DNA of 64,000 nt, from assembly GCF_009914755.1 (NCBI RefSeq), contig NC_060939.1; one strand, written 5' to 3'. Below the pieces are notes generated by a model. That model was not told where the DNA came from. It did not search any database and saw only the letters and a list, made by a program, of their open reading frames with translations. The translations under genes and the position numbers were made by a program. The stretch's first letter is position 1; each line of letters opens with the position of its first letter. Source of the DNA: the human T2T-CHM13v2.0 reference genome, Homo sapiens. Of this stretch, positions 37,111 to 51,540 are shown in pieces.

Positions 37111-38434
37111 TCTAGGGTCTAGTTCAAGACACACGCTGCTGAGCACAGCCAGGCCTTCTCTCCCCATCCACCTCATCTCCCCTCAAAGGTGCTCCCAAGG
37201 GTCCACCCGCTAACCAAGGTCATCTCATAATTGGGGAATAATCTTACAAATGCAGAAACAACGCCCAAAGAGCAGAGTGACTAGGCTGTGGCCTCACAGC
37301 CAGTGAAGGACCCCTATTCCTTGCACCTCTCAGTCCTGTGCCCCAGCCCCTCATCAGCACCTCTGCTGTGCCGGGAAGGGCTCCAGTGCATGCACCCAGC
37401 TCCCACTGAGGCCAGGGTTGTGGCGGCTGCAGAAGCCATGTCCCCTTTCTCTCCTCCCTCCTGGCTTCACACTGTTGGAAGCCATTCTTCTAGGCAGTCC
37501 CTTGTGGACCCTTCAAGTTGGCTTTTGAAATGGCTTAGCCAGATTTCTTCAGAGTTGAAAAGTGACTCCTTTCACATCTTCCTGCCTTTGCACCTGCAGT
37601 TTCTTCTCCAAGCAGTGTTTTTACTGTCTTACCCATCTGGTGACTTAGTGTGAAGTGGAGATCCAGGGTCCAGCGAGAGCTCAGGGATCCTTCCCCCAAC
37701 TCCCACCCCAACCCCACTCCACCTCACCCTTTACTCTTGCCCAGGATGAGTCAGTCACAAGGGACAAATTTCACATTTTGTAGGGTGCAGGTTTCAAGGA
37801 GAACAGAGGTCACAGGACTATAAATGGGTCTCTTTTCTTTTTCCTCCCTGGCAAGACTATCTTTGGATCAGTCAATGCCTGATTGGCATGCTCTCCCCTC
37901 CCTTCCCATTCCCTCCCTTCTCTTTTTCTCCTCCCTCTCCTATCCTCTCTTCCCCCCTCCCCATTCCCTCCCCATAGCAGCTGGACCCAAGACCCTCTTT
38001 TCAGGACTAGGAGGCCGCAGGCTAGCCAGGGCAGTAGGCTTGGGGCAAATGCCTTCTCCTGCCCTCTGTCTTGTCCTCCCTTTGCTGCTCCCACTCCCTT
38101 AGAGGCCAGAGCCAGACTGAGATTTTGTCCCCATGTGGGTTAGGGGGAAGGGGCTCCCAGAGCTGTTCACTGCTGGGTGCCAAGCTTCTACCTCTCTAAC
38201 ATGTCACTTTGGCTGTTCTGTACCATTGCTATGAGGAGCCGTCAGGGAACTCCTGGGGAGGGCAGCATCCAGGGTCCCTGGAGCTTTTGACCTAACACCA
38301 TCCTCAGAGCATCCCAATCTTGCTGCAATTTCTAATCCCCATTTTGCAGGAGGCTCAGAGGGGCTAAGGAACTCTCTTCCTGCTAAGTGGAAATGAGCAC
38401 GTGAAGCTGAGCCTGTTCTATTGCTTCCCGGATC

Positions 38435-38527
38435 ATGGAGGAGGAGGAAGAGATGGAGGAGGAGGAGATGGAGGAGGAGGAGATGGAGGAGGAGGAGATG
38501 GAGGAGGAGGAGATGGAGGAGGAGGAG
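38435..38527. repeat. 15-bp tandem repeat (GAGATGGAGGAGGAG)x5 plus partial flanks
   Basis: Five perfect units 38450-38524. Confidence 0.95.
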
Positions 38528-38989
38528 GGAGAAGAGAAGAAGGACACAAGGCTCTGTCCCTATCAGCCATCTGGTGCCCAGAGTAGGGCTGTGCCCCTCA
38601 GAGCACATGAGCCCTGCAGAAAACTGGGACATGGAAACGAGCCTCCCCGCCCAGCACCCCACTCCCAAGAGCCCACATGGCAGGGCAGGGCCTGGAGACT
38701 GGAGGGCGAGCCCCTGAGACCCCAAAGAACATCGACCAGTCCCAGGAGGGCTGCTGAACCCTGTTCAGGCTCCCCGGCCAAAATACCACTGAGGGCATCA
38801 GCTTGATGAGGTGCAGCGACTGGGATTTGATTACTCTGGCCCTGCCTCAGGCTTTTCCCACTCTTTCCTGTGGCTCCAGACAGGAGTACCCGGCCCTTCC
38901 CACTCACTGCCCCTTAAGTCTCCCTCAGCATCCCTCCCACCCCAGCGCCCCAGCCCCTGCCAGCCACCTGCTCAAGGCAGGCCTCTCTC

Positions 38990-39190
38990 CCTCCCTCCGG
39001 GCGCCTGCCCTGCCCTCTCCGCCTCCCGATGGCTAGGACAAGATGATTTACAAGAGCGTGGCGGGAGGGACGGCGAGCCAGATTAATGCACCAGTGAGCA
39101 GCCGCCTTGCTCACCAAACACACATCATGAAAACTTATTGCTCAGAAAACAGCACAACGCCACTAATTCATAAATGTTCAATGCCCCCCA
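38990..39190. promoter_or_regulatory. Candidate enhancer: CpG patch with PBX-HOX and POU/homeodomain motifs
   Basis: ATGATTTAC 39043-39051, AGATTAATGCA 39080, TAATTCATAAAT 39164. Confidence 0.5.
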
Positions 39191-39589
39191 CAGTGGAGCA
39201 GCCAGGGCTTATCGCCTCCAGGGAAGAGGAGGCTGGTTCTCCCCAGGCCACCCTCCTCCCACTCGCCCTGCCTGGCCTGGTGGCCTTCCCACCGGCTCCT
39301 CAGCCAGGCACCCGCCCATGTGCTGAGCAGGTGGTTTCACTTCCTGGTGGTTTTTATTTTATCTGGCCCGAGGATGCTTCTGGCTGAGCCCTGGGTGGTG
39401 TCTTGGGGCAAGGAGGTGGCACTCAAGATGGCCTCCAGGCCTGCTCAGTCAGCTGGTCCTCCACAGACACCCAGGCTCAGGGAGAGGGGCCTGGAGAACG
39501 GGACAGAGGAGGGCAGACAGAAACCAGGAGGGAAACCACAGCTGTCACCCCTGCACAGAGGGCCTGCCTCAGCTGACTGTTCTGGAGAG

Positions 39590-39725
39590 GGGAAGACAGA
39601 GACAGAAACAGAGAGAAAAACAGAGACACACACACACAGAGAAACAGAAGGAAACGAGAAAGAGCGGCAGAAACAGAGAAAAGAGAAACAGACAGAGAGA
39701 GAGAGAGAGGGAGGAAGCGAGACGA
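39590..39725. repeat. GA/CA-rich low complexity
   Basis: Visible (GAGACA/GAAACA)-like run. Confidence 0.8.
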
Positions 39726-39989
39726 GGGAAAGAAGCAGCCAGCCCTTGAGCAGGAAGACTGGCCTTCAGGCTGGGGCGCTCTCCTGGGTGAGGAAGGATT
39801 CATCTTGCCTGGAAGCCTTGGGGACTTGGGGAAGAATGGCAGGCCCGCTGATGGTCCCGTCCTGTTTAGGACAGGCAGGAACAAAAGAGACACGGTCCTC
39901 ACTGATTCTCTCCCATCCCATGGGTCTAGCCACACCTCTATTGTTTCCACAATGGTGGATGGCGTAACCACCCACCCGCCTCGGGTCTC

Positions 39990-40482
39990 TGTGTGGCCAG
40001 TCTCTGCCTGCCCCTCCCTCCCATTCTCCAGCCCCTGCAGACTGAGCTCTCTGGAGTGCAGCTTCCCAGCTCCTTTGCCTGCTGGCTTCAGTTGGGGTTC
40101 AGCCATAGGGAGTCGCCAGCAGGAGATGAGGAGGTAGGAGAGAAGTTAGGGGGTGTCTCTGGCATCCCTGCATCCTCTGTGCCCATGCCTCCTCCTCCAG
40201 GGGTCCCACTGTCACCAGGTTTCCATAACAGGCCAGGGCTGGTAGCAGCTTCCCGCCGCCGCCGGGCTCTGGAGGCAGCTTCCCGCCGCCGCCGGGCTCT
40301 GGAGGCAGCTTCCCGCCGCCGCCGGGCTCTGGAGGCAGCTTCCCGCCGCCGCCGGGCTCTGGAGGCTGCAGCGTCTCTCCTTCACCCCTTCCACCCTGCC
40401 CACCCCTCGGTAAGAAGTCCCTGCATTCACTCTCCTCATTTGAGCCATCGAGTGAATCCGTTCCCTGCCAGGACCCTGACAG
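39990..40482 (+). mobile_element. LTR33-like ERVL LTR
   Basis: 'ctggcttcagttggggttcagccataggga...cagcaggagatgaggagg' and 3' 'accctgcccacccct...agtccctgcattcactctc...ccctgccaggaccctgac'. Confidence 0.65.
40245..40366. repeat. 30-bp VNTR (gcagcttcccgccgccgccgggctctggag)x4
   Basis: Four identical units starting 40245, 40275, 40305, 40335. Confidence 0.98.
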
Positions 40483-40589
40483 GGGCTTGCTTCTACTCTA
40501 CCTCTCACTTCCTCTTCCTCTAGGCCCTAAGAGAGGAGGTAGAGAGGGCAAGGTCAGGTGGGAAAGAGGGCCAGCTGTGGGGATCGGGC

Positions 40590-40780
40590 AGGTCTCGCAT
40601 TGAGTACTGGCTGTGTCATTTAATAGTCATGAGAACTTGGGCCAATCCCTTAATTTCTCTGAGTCTCAGTTTCCTCGTCTGTAAAACAGAGATCATGAGA
40701 GCAGCTTCCTCTCGAGTTGAAAGGATGAACTAAGACCCCTGTTCGCTTGGATTCTTCACTCCTTTGCTCAGCACGCGGCC
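40590..40780 (+). mobile_element. MIR
   Basis: 'ctctgagtctcagtttcctcgtctgtaaaacagaga'. Confidence 0.75.
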
Positions 40781-41464
40781 AGTGGGGAGTGGGCAACGCT
40801 GCAGAGAGGCCCAAAGGCCAGGGCTCCCCAGCCACCGTTATGGGTCCTGCAGAATCCCCCTGCATCTCCTAGGCCCAGCAGGCTGAAGACTTTCCCCTAT
40901 GGGCCCCAAGTGTCTCAGGAACCCTCACCCCCCACCCCCAGACCTCAAAGCCACAAAGAAAGAGATGACTATCGCAGTTCCTGATGTTGCCCTCAGACCA
41001 CAGGGAGACAACTGACTCACCCTGATCCCCAGAAATGAGGCCACCCTGAGCCAACTCTGGGCACCCCACCTGCCCCCAGCCCAGGGAGCTCCCAGGATGA
41101 AAGGAAGGGGACTACGAAAAGAGTCTGTCTGCCTGCCCCAGTGAGTGGCCTTTCTCCCTGTTTCTGCTGTGTCCCATCGCCAGGCTGTCTAAGAGTAATA
41201 AAAATAGCCTCTATGTAGATGCCACCTCTGTGCCACATGTGGAGCACAAATGCAGTGAGTGGGCAGAACGGCACAGAGATGAAGAGATTGGTTCTCAGCT
41301 CAGCCTGCCTGGGTTCCAATCCCAGAGAGAGGCTTATCAAAGGGTCATCCTGCTTTGATGAGCCTGCATTGCTGCTCAGAACACAGCAACAGTCACATGT
41401 CAGCTCCCAAGGGGCCCTGAACCAGCCTCAGTATCCAGGAAAGCCACCCCTGCTGCTTTGTTAC

Positions 41465-43670
<2,206 letters not shown>

Positions 43671-43734
43671 GCTCAGGCTGACACCATCTTCATCAAAAAT
43701 TTGCTCCTCCCCTACTCTGCCAGGCACAAGGTAT

Positions 43735-44100
43735 ATGATGGTGACTGACAGAGCTGCTCACCAGATCCTCTGGCTCCCCATGTTCCAGGTACATGGTGAA
43801 CTCACACCTTCTAGTCCCCTCCAGCTGGTGGTGCCATGTGACTAGTTCTGGCCCATGAGTTGTGAGCAGAGCAGAACTCACAGAGGTCACCTGCAGACAC
43901 AGCATTTAATTGCAGGTGCGAGACCCTCCAGGCTCTGTTTTCCTTCTGGTGTGGAGACTGGTGAGGGTCAAGGTGATGGCTGCTCTCTCAGCCCGAGCCT
44001 CAGTGACTGATGAGCAGAGCCTGCTTGCCTCATGCTTTGGGACTGCCGTGATTTTCTTCTATAGTAGCCCACATCCAGCTCAGTGTTCTTCCTGCTGACA
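43735..44100 (+). mobile_element. MLT1I/J-like MaLR LTR
   Basis: 'gccatgtgactagttctggcccatgagttgtgagcaga...agcatttaattgcaggtgcgagaccctccag'. Confidence 0.75.
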
Positions 44101-46030
44101 TCTCTCTCATAGTGGCACAAAAACAAACAAGTAAATAAGCTTTACCCATCAATTGAGGTTTGACTTCTCACAGCTGAGAAGGGTCTGTGGCACAAGAGTG
44201 AGCCACAGCCCTCTGGGTGGGAATCCCTGCTTGAGCAGATGGCCTAGGGATATAACAAAAGGAGGAGGTGCACCAGGGAGGAGCGGCTGATAAGAAGAGG
44301 AAGGAAGAAGCAGCAAGAAGAAAGATCATTGACAAGCCTAACTGGGAGCTTCCACACTGAAATACGCTTTTCCTGGCCAGGGAAAAAACTCTCAGAAGGC
44401 AGGGGAGTTTTCAGAATGCAGGCTTTGTTACTGGGCTGACCTGGGTTCCAATCATGTCTCTTCCACTTAGTTCCTTTATGTTGGTCAAGGAACGAATGAT
44501 CTCTCTAATCAGTAGTCCAGGCCCCATCATTTTCCTGCTTAAATTCTTCCCATGGCTCTGCAGCTCTCAAAGCAAAGCAAAACTGGAAAATGCATGACAT
44601 GCAGGTTGTCGCTCCAAACTCCCTGTCCCATGGAAGATATCACCCATGGATCAAAGCACTTTTTCCTAAGACCAGATGCAGCCTCAGAATCTTTCTTAAC
44701 ACAGTGCTTCAAGCAGTCACCACTAATCCAACACAGTTGGCTTTTAAGATAAAATGTTTTTGCCATCTTTAGCCTTCCAAATGTCTATAAATGTTGTAAT
44801 TTAGGTCCCATCTGCTCTCCCCGCCTTAACTCCCAGAGGTCTTCCTCACTTATTTTATCTTCCAGTCACATTGAATTAGCTGTCATTCCCTAATTAAACC
44901 AGGTTCTCTTACCCCTCTTTGCCCTTGCTCATGTTGCTCTCTCCATCCCATTCCACTCCCCACCCTGAGCCCAACCTCAGATTCCTGGAGACCCTGCGTA
45001 AGTGTCAGCTCAAGGGTTCTCCACGTGCTTATTGCACCCTGTGTGTATTTCTGGTGGGGTGCCACGCTGGATGGCAGCTGTGCACTGCTGTGACAGTGAC
45101 CCCCAACAACCTGAGGTCTCCTAAGGGCAGAACCATGCCTTTTCATGTTTAGATGCATCCCTCTACCTCTCCCTAGCACTGCTAGGGAGTCCTCCCAGTG
45201 AGTCCCAGATAAAGATGAAGAGAGTAAAGAAATGATGAAAATGCCAGGGAGCAGGCAGAGACTACAGGGCCCACACTCCTCCTCTGTCAAGTGAGGGTAA
45301 GGACTTCTCTGTCAAGACTGGCATAAAAGAGAGATAACATATGTAAAACACAGTGCCCGGGGCATGGGAGGCACTTCCTAAATATTTGTGGAGGAAATTA
45401 AGGCATGAAGGAAGGATTAAATAATGAAAGATGAAGAGAGGAAGAATAAATTGGAGAAGGAGGAAACTAAAGGCAGAAGGAGAGAAGACAAATTCTGAAC
45501 AAGCACCTATCCTGTATCACGCACTGTTCTAGGCCCCAGGTATACTCAGTGGTGAAAAACAACCCCAGATACATTGCTGCACCTAGGAAGCTCACAATCT
45601 AAAAGGAAGAAAAACCACCTTCTTAACCCAAGTGTTGGATCTAGGCCCTGCCATCCTTTCCCAAGACTTGAATCTCTTCCCATGACCTTCAGAATCAAGG
45701 CCAATCTCCTTAGCTCAGCATTGCAAAGTCAGGGTAGGTAGACTATGCTGCAGTAACAAACAGCCCTCCACATTTCAGTGACTTACACAAGTGTATTTGT
45801 CATTCAGACAAACCCACTGCCGTTCCAGTGTGGACTCCAGAGTGCTATCCCCACTGTGTTGACTCAAGATTTTGGGGTGTTTTGTTTCAGTGGCACCTCC
45901 ATATGTCATATTGCCCATTTCTCTTCTGCTCAAGACAGTGAGGTTGAAACTCCAAGCCTCATTACAGAGCATTTGCTGGGCTATCTCTGAACCATTGCAC
46001 AGCCTTGCCTCCTGTAGAGAAGAGGTACAG

Positions 46031-46108
46031 AATCAACCCAAGTGTCCCACAATGGATAATTAGATAAAGATACCATGATATCTTTATCTATCTATCTATA
46101 CACACACA

Positions 46109-46146
<38 letters not shown>

Positions 46147-46663
46147 GGAATTCCATTTAGCCATAAAAAAAAATGGAATCCTGTCATTTGAAGCAATGTG
46201 GATGAACCTGGAGGACATTAAGTTAAGTGAAATAAGTCAGGCCCAGAAAGATACATACCACACAATCTCATTCATATGCAGAATCTAAAAAGTTGATCTC
46301 GTAGAAGTAGAGAGTAGAATGGTGGTTACTAGAGACTGGAGAGGAGAGGGCGAGGAGGCATGGTGAGAGGTTGGTCAATAGGTACAAAGCTACAATCAGG
46401 TAGCAGGAATAAGTTCTGCTGTTCTATTACACAGGAGGGTGACTATGGTTACAATATTGTATTGTATATTTTAGAGTAGCTAGAAGAGAGGATTGTGAAT
46501 GTTCTCACCACTAAGAAATGATAATGTACGCGGTGATAGATGTACCAAATACCCTGACTTGATCATTACAGAATGTATACATGTATAAAAACATCACACT
46601 GTACCCCATGAATATGTACAATTATTGTGTCAATTTAAAAATTAAAAATAAATAAGTAAATAA
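46031..46663 (+). mobile_element. L1MA-type 3' end with internal (CA)n at about 46099-46144
   Basis: 'aatcaacccaagtgtcc...ggatgaacctggaggacattaagttaagtgaaataagtcagg...gtaccccatgaatatgtacaattatt' plus A-rich tail. Confidence 0.9.
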
Positions 46664-49411
46664 AGGCATGGACAATTAACAAGAAGACACAGCCAACTCA
46701 CTCCCACCTTGCCCAGCTGGAAAGTGTTGAAAGATCCTGAGATTCTGATGCCATGAGCTCAGCTGCACAGGAGGGCATGGGAGAGAGAGGCGGAAGCAAA
46801 GTGTCCGGCAACTTCCCTTTGGGCCTCATCTTCTCCACTGAAAAATGGGTAGATCTGCCTCTGGGAAGGGTCATACAACTCCAAGCAGCTGGAGTCTACC
46901 TCCCTGCAGATAGTTCCTACCCAGGGGCAGCTATGAGCCTGGCCTGTGAAGTGGAGAGAGGGAAGAAATTCTTCTTGAGGTTGGACATTCTCAGCCCATG
47001 GCCACCATGTGTCAGCTGAAGGGAAGCAAGCCAGGGAGTTCAAATAGAGAAACAGGAAGAAAGCAAACCAACCCATCTCCCTGGTTTCCCCCACGCCGCT
47101 GCAATGCACTAGAGGATGAACCAGCTCGTTCTCTTCACTTCTTTTTCTCTTGGTGGTAGCGGTAGGGCCAGAGGGTGAGTAAGCCAGAAGGTTCCCCAGT
47201 GTGGTCTCGGTTAAGGTTACTGGATACTTGCTTCAGTCCCATGGGTGATGAGTTCAGTGTCAACTCACACCTACCCCACCCCACCCCTGGAGGCCCTCTC
47301 CTGGGTTTTTCTTTCCTCTCCCAAGTTCAAGTCAAAACATGGTCAACCCCCCACACTTCCCTCACCCCTGGCCCGGCCCAACCAGCCCCTAACCAGAGCA
47401 CAGGGCGCAGTCCATAACCACATCTTGCAACATGATTCACTGCGTCTGTGGAGGGACTGATGCAATTGTGGGTGAGGAGTCATTTCTACTGATGGGGAAA
47501 CCACAGCAACCTGGCCAGGGGTGGGAGGGCAATCCATGGGGACCTACCCTGAGACAGGCCGCGATCAAGAACCCTCAGCGTCCCCAGAGCAACCCAGCCA
47601 CACCATGACTGAGGCCAGAGAGCAGAGGCCCAGGACATGCTGTCCTCCTGCGGAGAGGCAGTAGGCTGGGGGCCGGGAGGAAGGCAGGGGTCTTGGCAAG
47701 AGAGGGACTGTTCAAAGACAGCAACTCTTCCAGGAACCCCCAGAGTGATCCATCTTTCTCTGTGAGCAACATGGACGTGTGAGGTTCTTGGAGGAGGCCA
47801 GGAAACCACAAGCAGGAAAATCGCTTTCTCTGGGTGCTGGGTCCATGCCTGGACCAAAGATTGAAGCCACATTGCTGCTCACTGCACTACATGGGAAGCA
47901 CACACACATGCCTGGAGAGCATGTACTCCCACCGCCAGAGCAGGTGCCCAGGAGACACACAGAACTGAATCTGAAATTGCAGGGGCCCAGCAGCCTACAT
48001 GCTGTGGCCTGGATCAGCTGGGCACACCTGCCTTGGGTGCCTGATCTACTGTTCATTTCCAATGCCCAGCTCAGCCACCTGCCCAGTGGACCCTGCGCTT
48101 ATCCCTCTGGCTATGTGAGCTCAAGCCAGCAATTTCCCCTCTCTGGACTGCCCTCTCTCTCTTCCGAACCCTAGTGCTCACTTCTGCAACTTAGCAAGGG
48201 ATTATATGATGCCCCGTGACAACACTTGCTCTTTCCCTGTGTTTCTATCTTATTTCTCCATTTTCATCATAAGCTATTCTAGACAGGGCTGGGCTAGCCT
48301 CGAGAAGTTATCCCTGCCCCACCTCTACTCACTGATCTTGACGCATCTCTGCAGAGGAGGTATTTTTACCCTATTCCACTGAAGAAGAAACTTAGGCCCA
48401 GGAGGTAATAGAGCCAACAAGGACACTAGTAAGGGGCAGACTTGGAGCTAAGACTCAAATGCGCTTCAAAACCCCTGCCCAGCATTCTCTCCAAACCCCA
48501 GCCACCTAACCCAATTCCTTCATGGAGTCTCCTGGTGAAGGGCCAAAGAGATGAGGATCTCTCCAGAAGGTACCAAGCAAGATGTAAATATGAGAGAGAA
48601 TAACGTCTGACCTCCCAGATCTGCAGGTCACAGACCTACAGCTCCAAGATCCACATTTTTTAAAATGTGCCACCCCCCATCCTCACCGTCCCTTTGGCTC
48701 ACAGTCTGGAGGCTCCCTGGAGCACCATAAAAGACAGAACTTAGCCATCCGTGTGCAAGCCTGACCCCTGGTGACCAGAACCTTGAACTGCATGGCCAAC
48801 CAGGCAGGCCCAAGAAATTAAGAGATCTGGCACTCACTCACTTGCCCAGCAAACTTCTGACCAGCACGGAGCTTATGGATTAGGCCACATCTACCTACCC
48901 TTCAGCCCAGGTGACTCTGGAACCACAGGCAATGGGGCCTTATTAACCTAACCCCTCACATGGCTAGCACATATGTCCATGATGAGCATAACTCATGCAT
49001 CATGAATCCCACAGCCACCTGGGAGGCAGATGAAGTCCTAGCCCCCATCTAGAGAGAAACAAACTGAGGCCAGAGCAGTGAAAGCAATGCTCTGAGACGT
49101 CACAGAATCAGTGACAGATGCTACGCTCAAACCTACAATTTTCTGACTTAAAATACCATCCCTTCCAATTTTCCTAACATCCCCACCCTCTGGTCACTAA
49201 GGGGCAAGAAAGAGATGAGGGAACATGGTTCCCAGGACACCCCACTTAAAACAAGCGGATTTTTCCAAAAAAAATAAATTTACTTAAAATAGATATACTT
49301 ATTTAAAATAAAATACATGGAAGATAGCTTTCCCCCTTCTCTCAATCAATAGCCCAGAAGCACAAGATCCTTGACCTGAGAGATTTCAGGTCCAGAGGGG
49401 ATGGACTAGAC

Positions 49412-49570
49412 TAGGGCTGCCAGGTTAGCAAACGACCATACAGGATGCTCAGCCACATGTGAATTGCAGGTGAGTAACACCTACACCACTTGGGATATAC
49501 TTATACTTAAGTGTGGTTTACCTTGAAGTTCAAGTTTAACTAGGATCCTCTATTTTATCAGCCAACCCTA
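49412..49570. mobile_element. MER53-like hAT MITE
   Basis: TIRs tagggctgcca / gccaacccta; TSD gactagac / gaccagat; 'gggatatacttatact'. Confidence 0.8.
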
Positions 49571-51384
49571 GACCAGATGCCACTAGGGAATGGGAGAGAG
49601 GGGCAGCCAGGCCAGAGGGGTGCAGGAAGAGCCTGAAGCCCTGCCGCGCGGGGAGAGAGGTGGGAGATGAAGCAAGAGACCTACATGGGAAGGTGGGAGT
49701 CACGGAGGCCTTGAGTGGGATGAGTGTTTTCTTGAGGATTATTCTGACAAACATGTGAGGAATAAGCTGAGGGGGGAAGTGGGGACGTGGGGAGTTCAGC
49801 TGGTTAGGGAGGGATGCCAGGGTGCCTATGGGATGGCGGTTTGTGCATGGTTGCCTGGCGGAGGTTGGGGGAAGGAGTGGATTCTGGATCCATCCCGAAG
49901 GTGGAGCTGGCAGAAACGCCGCCTTCCCCTGCAGCTCCCTTTGAATCTCTGGCCTTGGTCCTTCCCAGTTCTGCCCCTCAAACACCCGCTGGGTTCCCAG
50001 CCCCAGTTCTGACTTCCCCTCTCTTTCTTCTCCCCTGTGTCCTCCTCACCCCATTGCACTCTGAGTTAACAAAGGCAAGGAGAAAGAGTCACTTTGTTCT
50101 TTCTTTCCCCAGCTCAAGGCCTCCATGCCCCTCAGAGGATCCAGCGATATGGCCCAGGTCCCACTTTCCTGGGAGAAGCTGTCTCCACTTCTCCCCAGAA
50201 CCCGGTGCCAGAGTAGGAAAGGGGTCCTGCCTGCCATCCCCAGAAGCAGGAGGCTGAGGCCCTCGAGGGGCTATGGCTCACCCCTTCCTGCCTGGGGAGG
50301 ACTAAGATACCAGCGCACCCAGAAGCTCAGCACTTACCAGCCCCACTGCTGGGAAGTGCTCCCTGCTATCCAACCCCTGTTTCTGCTGCACTTTATACCC
50401 ATCTCCTCGGGGCCGAATCTCAGAAGGAGATGGAGAATGCGCGTCCTCCTGCTCTAGACCAGTGGTTTCAGATTTGTTCCCCAGTTAGGCCACTGTAGGG
50501 GTGGGGAGCTGAGGGACAGGTCCCACTCCAACCATCCAAGTTCCACTTATCCATACCTAATAAACTGGGGCCCCTTGCAAAATTATCTTTTTTAAAGGGA
50601 TCCACTCGTGAAAATATCCACCCATGTACATGTGAAAACCACAGATAGATGTGTAAGGGATGCTCTGCTCTCTACATAAAGACTCCTCAATTTCAGCTTT
50701 CCCAGCTCCATGTCATCTGACCCCTCCTCCCTGAGCCTCTATGCCTCCTCCTGTCACCGTCCCTGAGGCTTGGGCTCACTGACCCTCTCTCTGAAGATCT
50801 CTCTATCAGAATCCCTAACACCACATTGGGCGTGGATTATTGCCCCATTTTACAGATGAGATCACTGAGGCCCAGAGGTTGCAGAACCTGAACTGGATCC
50901 TGGGGGTCTGGCTTTGGATGCTGGCCCCACATGGGCTTCTGCTGCATCCCCAGCCCAAGCTGCCCATCAGGATACGGACCCAGGGTTCAGGAGTCCCAAG
51001 GCTGAGGGTGGCCTGACCCCTTCTGGAGGAGTCAGCCTCAGAGCTGGGAGTTCCCTGGGGGCCATGCTGTCATCAGTGGGGGCCAGACTCCCCAGCAGGG
51101 AGAAGAACAAGGTTTCTGCGGTCTCAGCCCTGGAGACCAATCCCTGGTGTGCCCTCCTTCCTACAGCACCCAGGGACCCGCCGCTGCCCCTCACCTATGA
51201 GCTGATGGGAGAGAAACGTCCGCCATGCTGGGAGACAGCTTCCAGCTGAGCAGGATGCTCCATCAGCTCTGTCGCTCACCCACACACATGCCGAGAGAAG
51301 CACAGCCCAGCTCACAGCAATCTAGTGAGGTCCTATGTCGCTGTCCTGTGCCAACCATCAGGGAGCCCAGAGCCATCCAGTTCA

Positions 51385-51540
51385 GTGCTTCTTGCCCTTC
51401 ACTGGGCATCAGAATCAAAACCACAGAGGCTCAGAAGCACCCACAGAGGTTCCTTGACCTAAGGTGAGGCTTGGGCCTCAGAATTGTTTAAAAGTCGCCC
51501 CCGTGATTCTCCGGGCAACCAGGGTTGAGAACAACCATCT
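51385..51540. mobile_element. MER5A-like hAT fragment
   Basis: 'gcatcagaatca...gtgattct...ccagggttgagaac'. Confidence 0.6.

Noticed and set aside
40245-40366. CRISPR-like 30-bp repeats
   Set aside because: No spacers, eukaryotic context, no cas genes
39993-40523. ORF with (AASRRRRALE)n repeats
   Set aside because: Translation of the 30-bp VNTR in an LTR; non-ATG start
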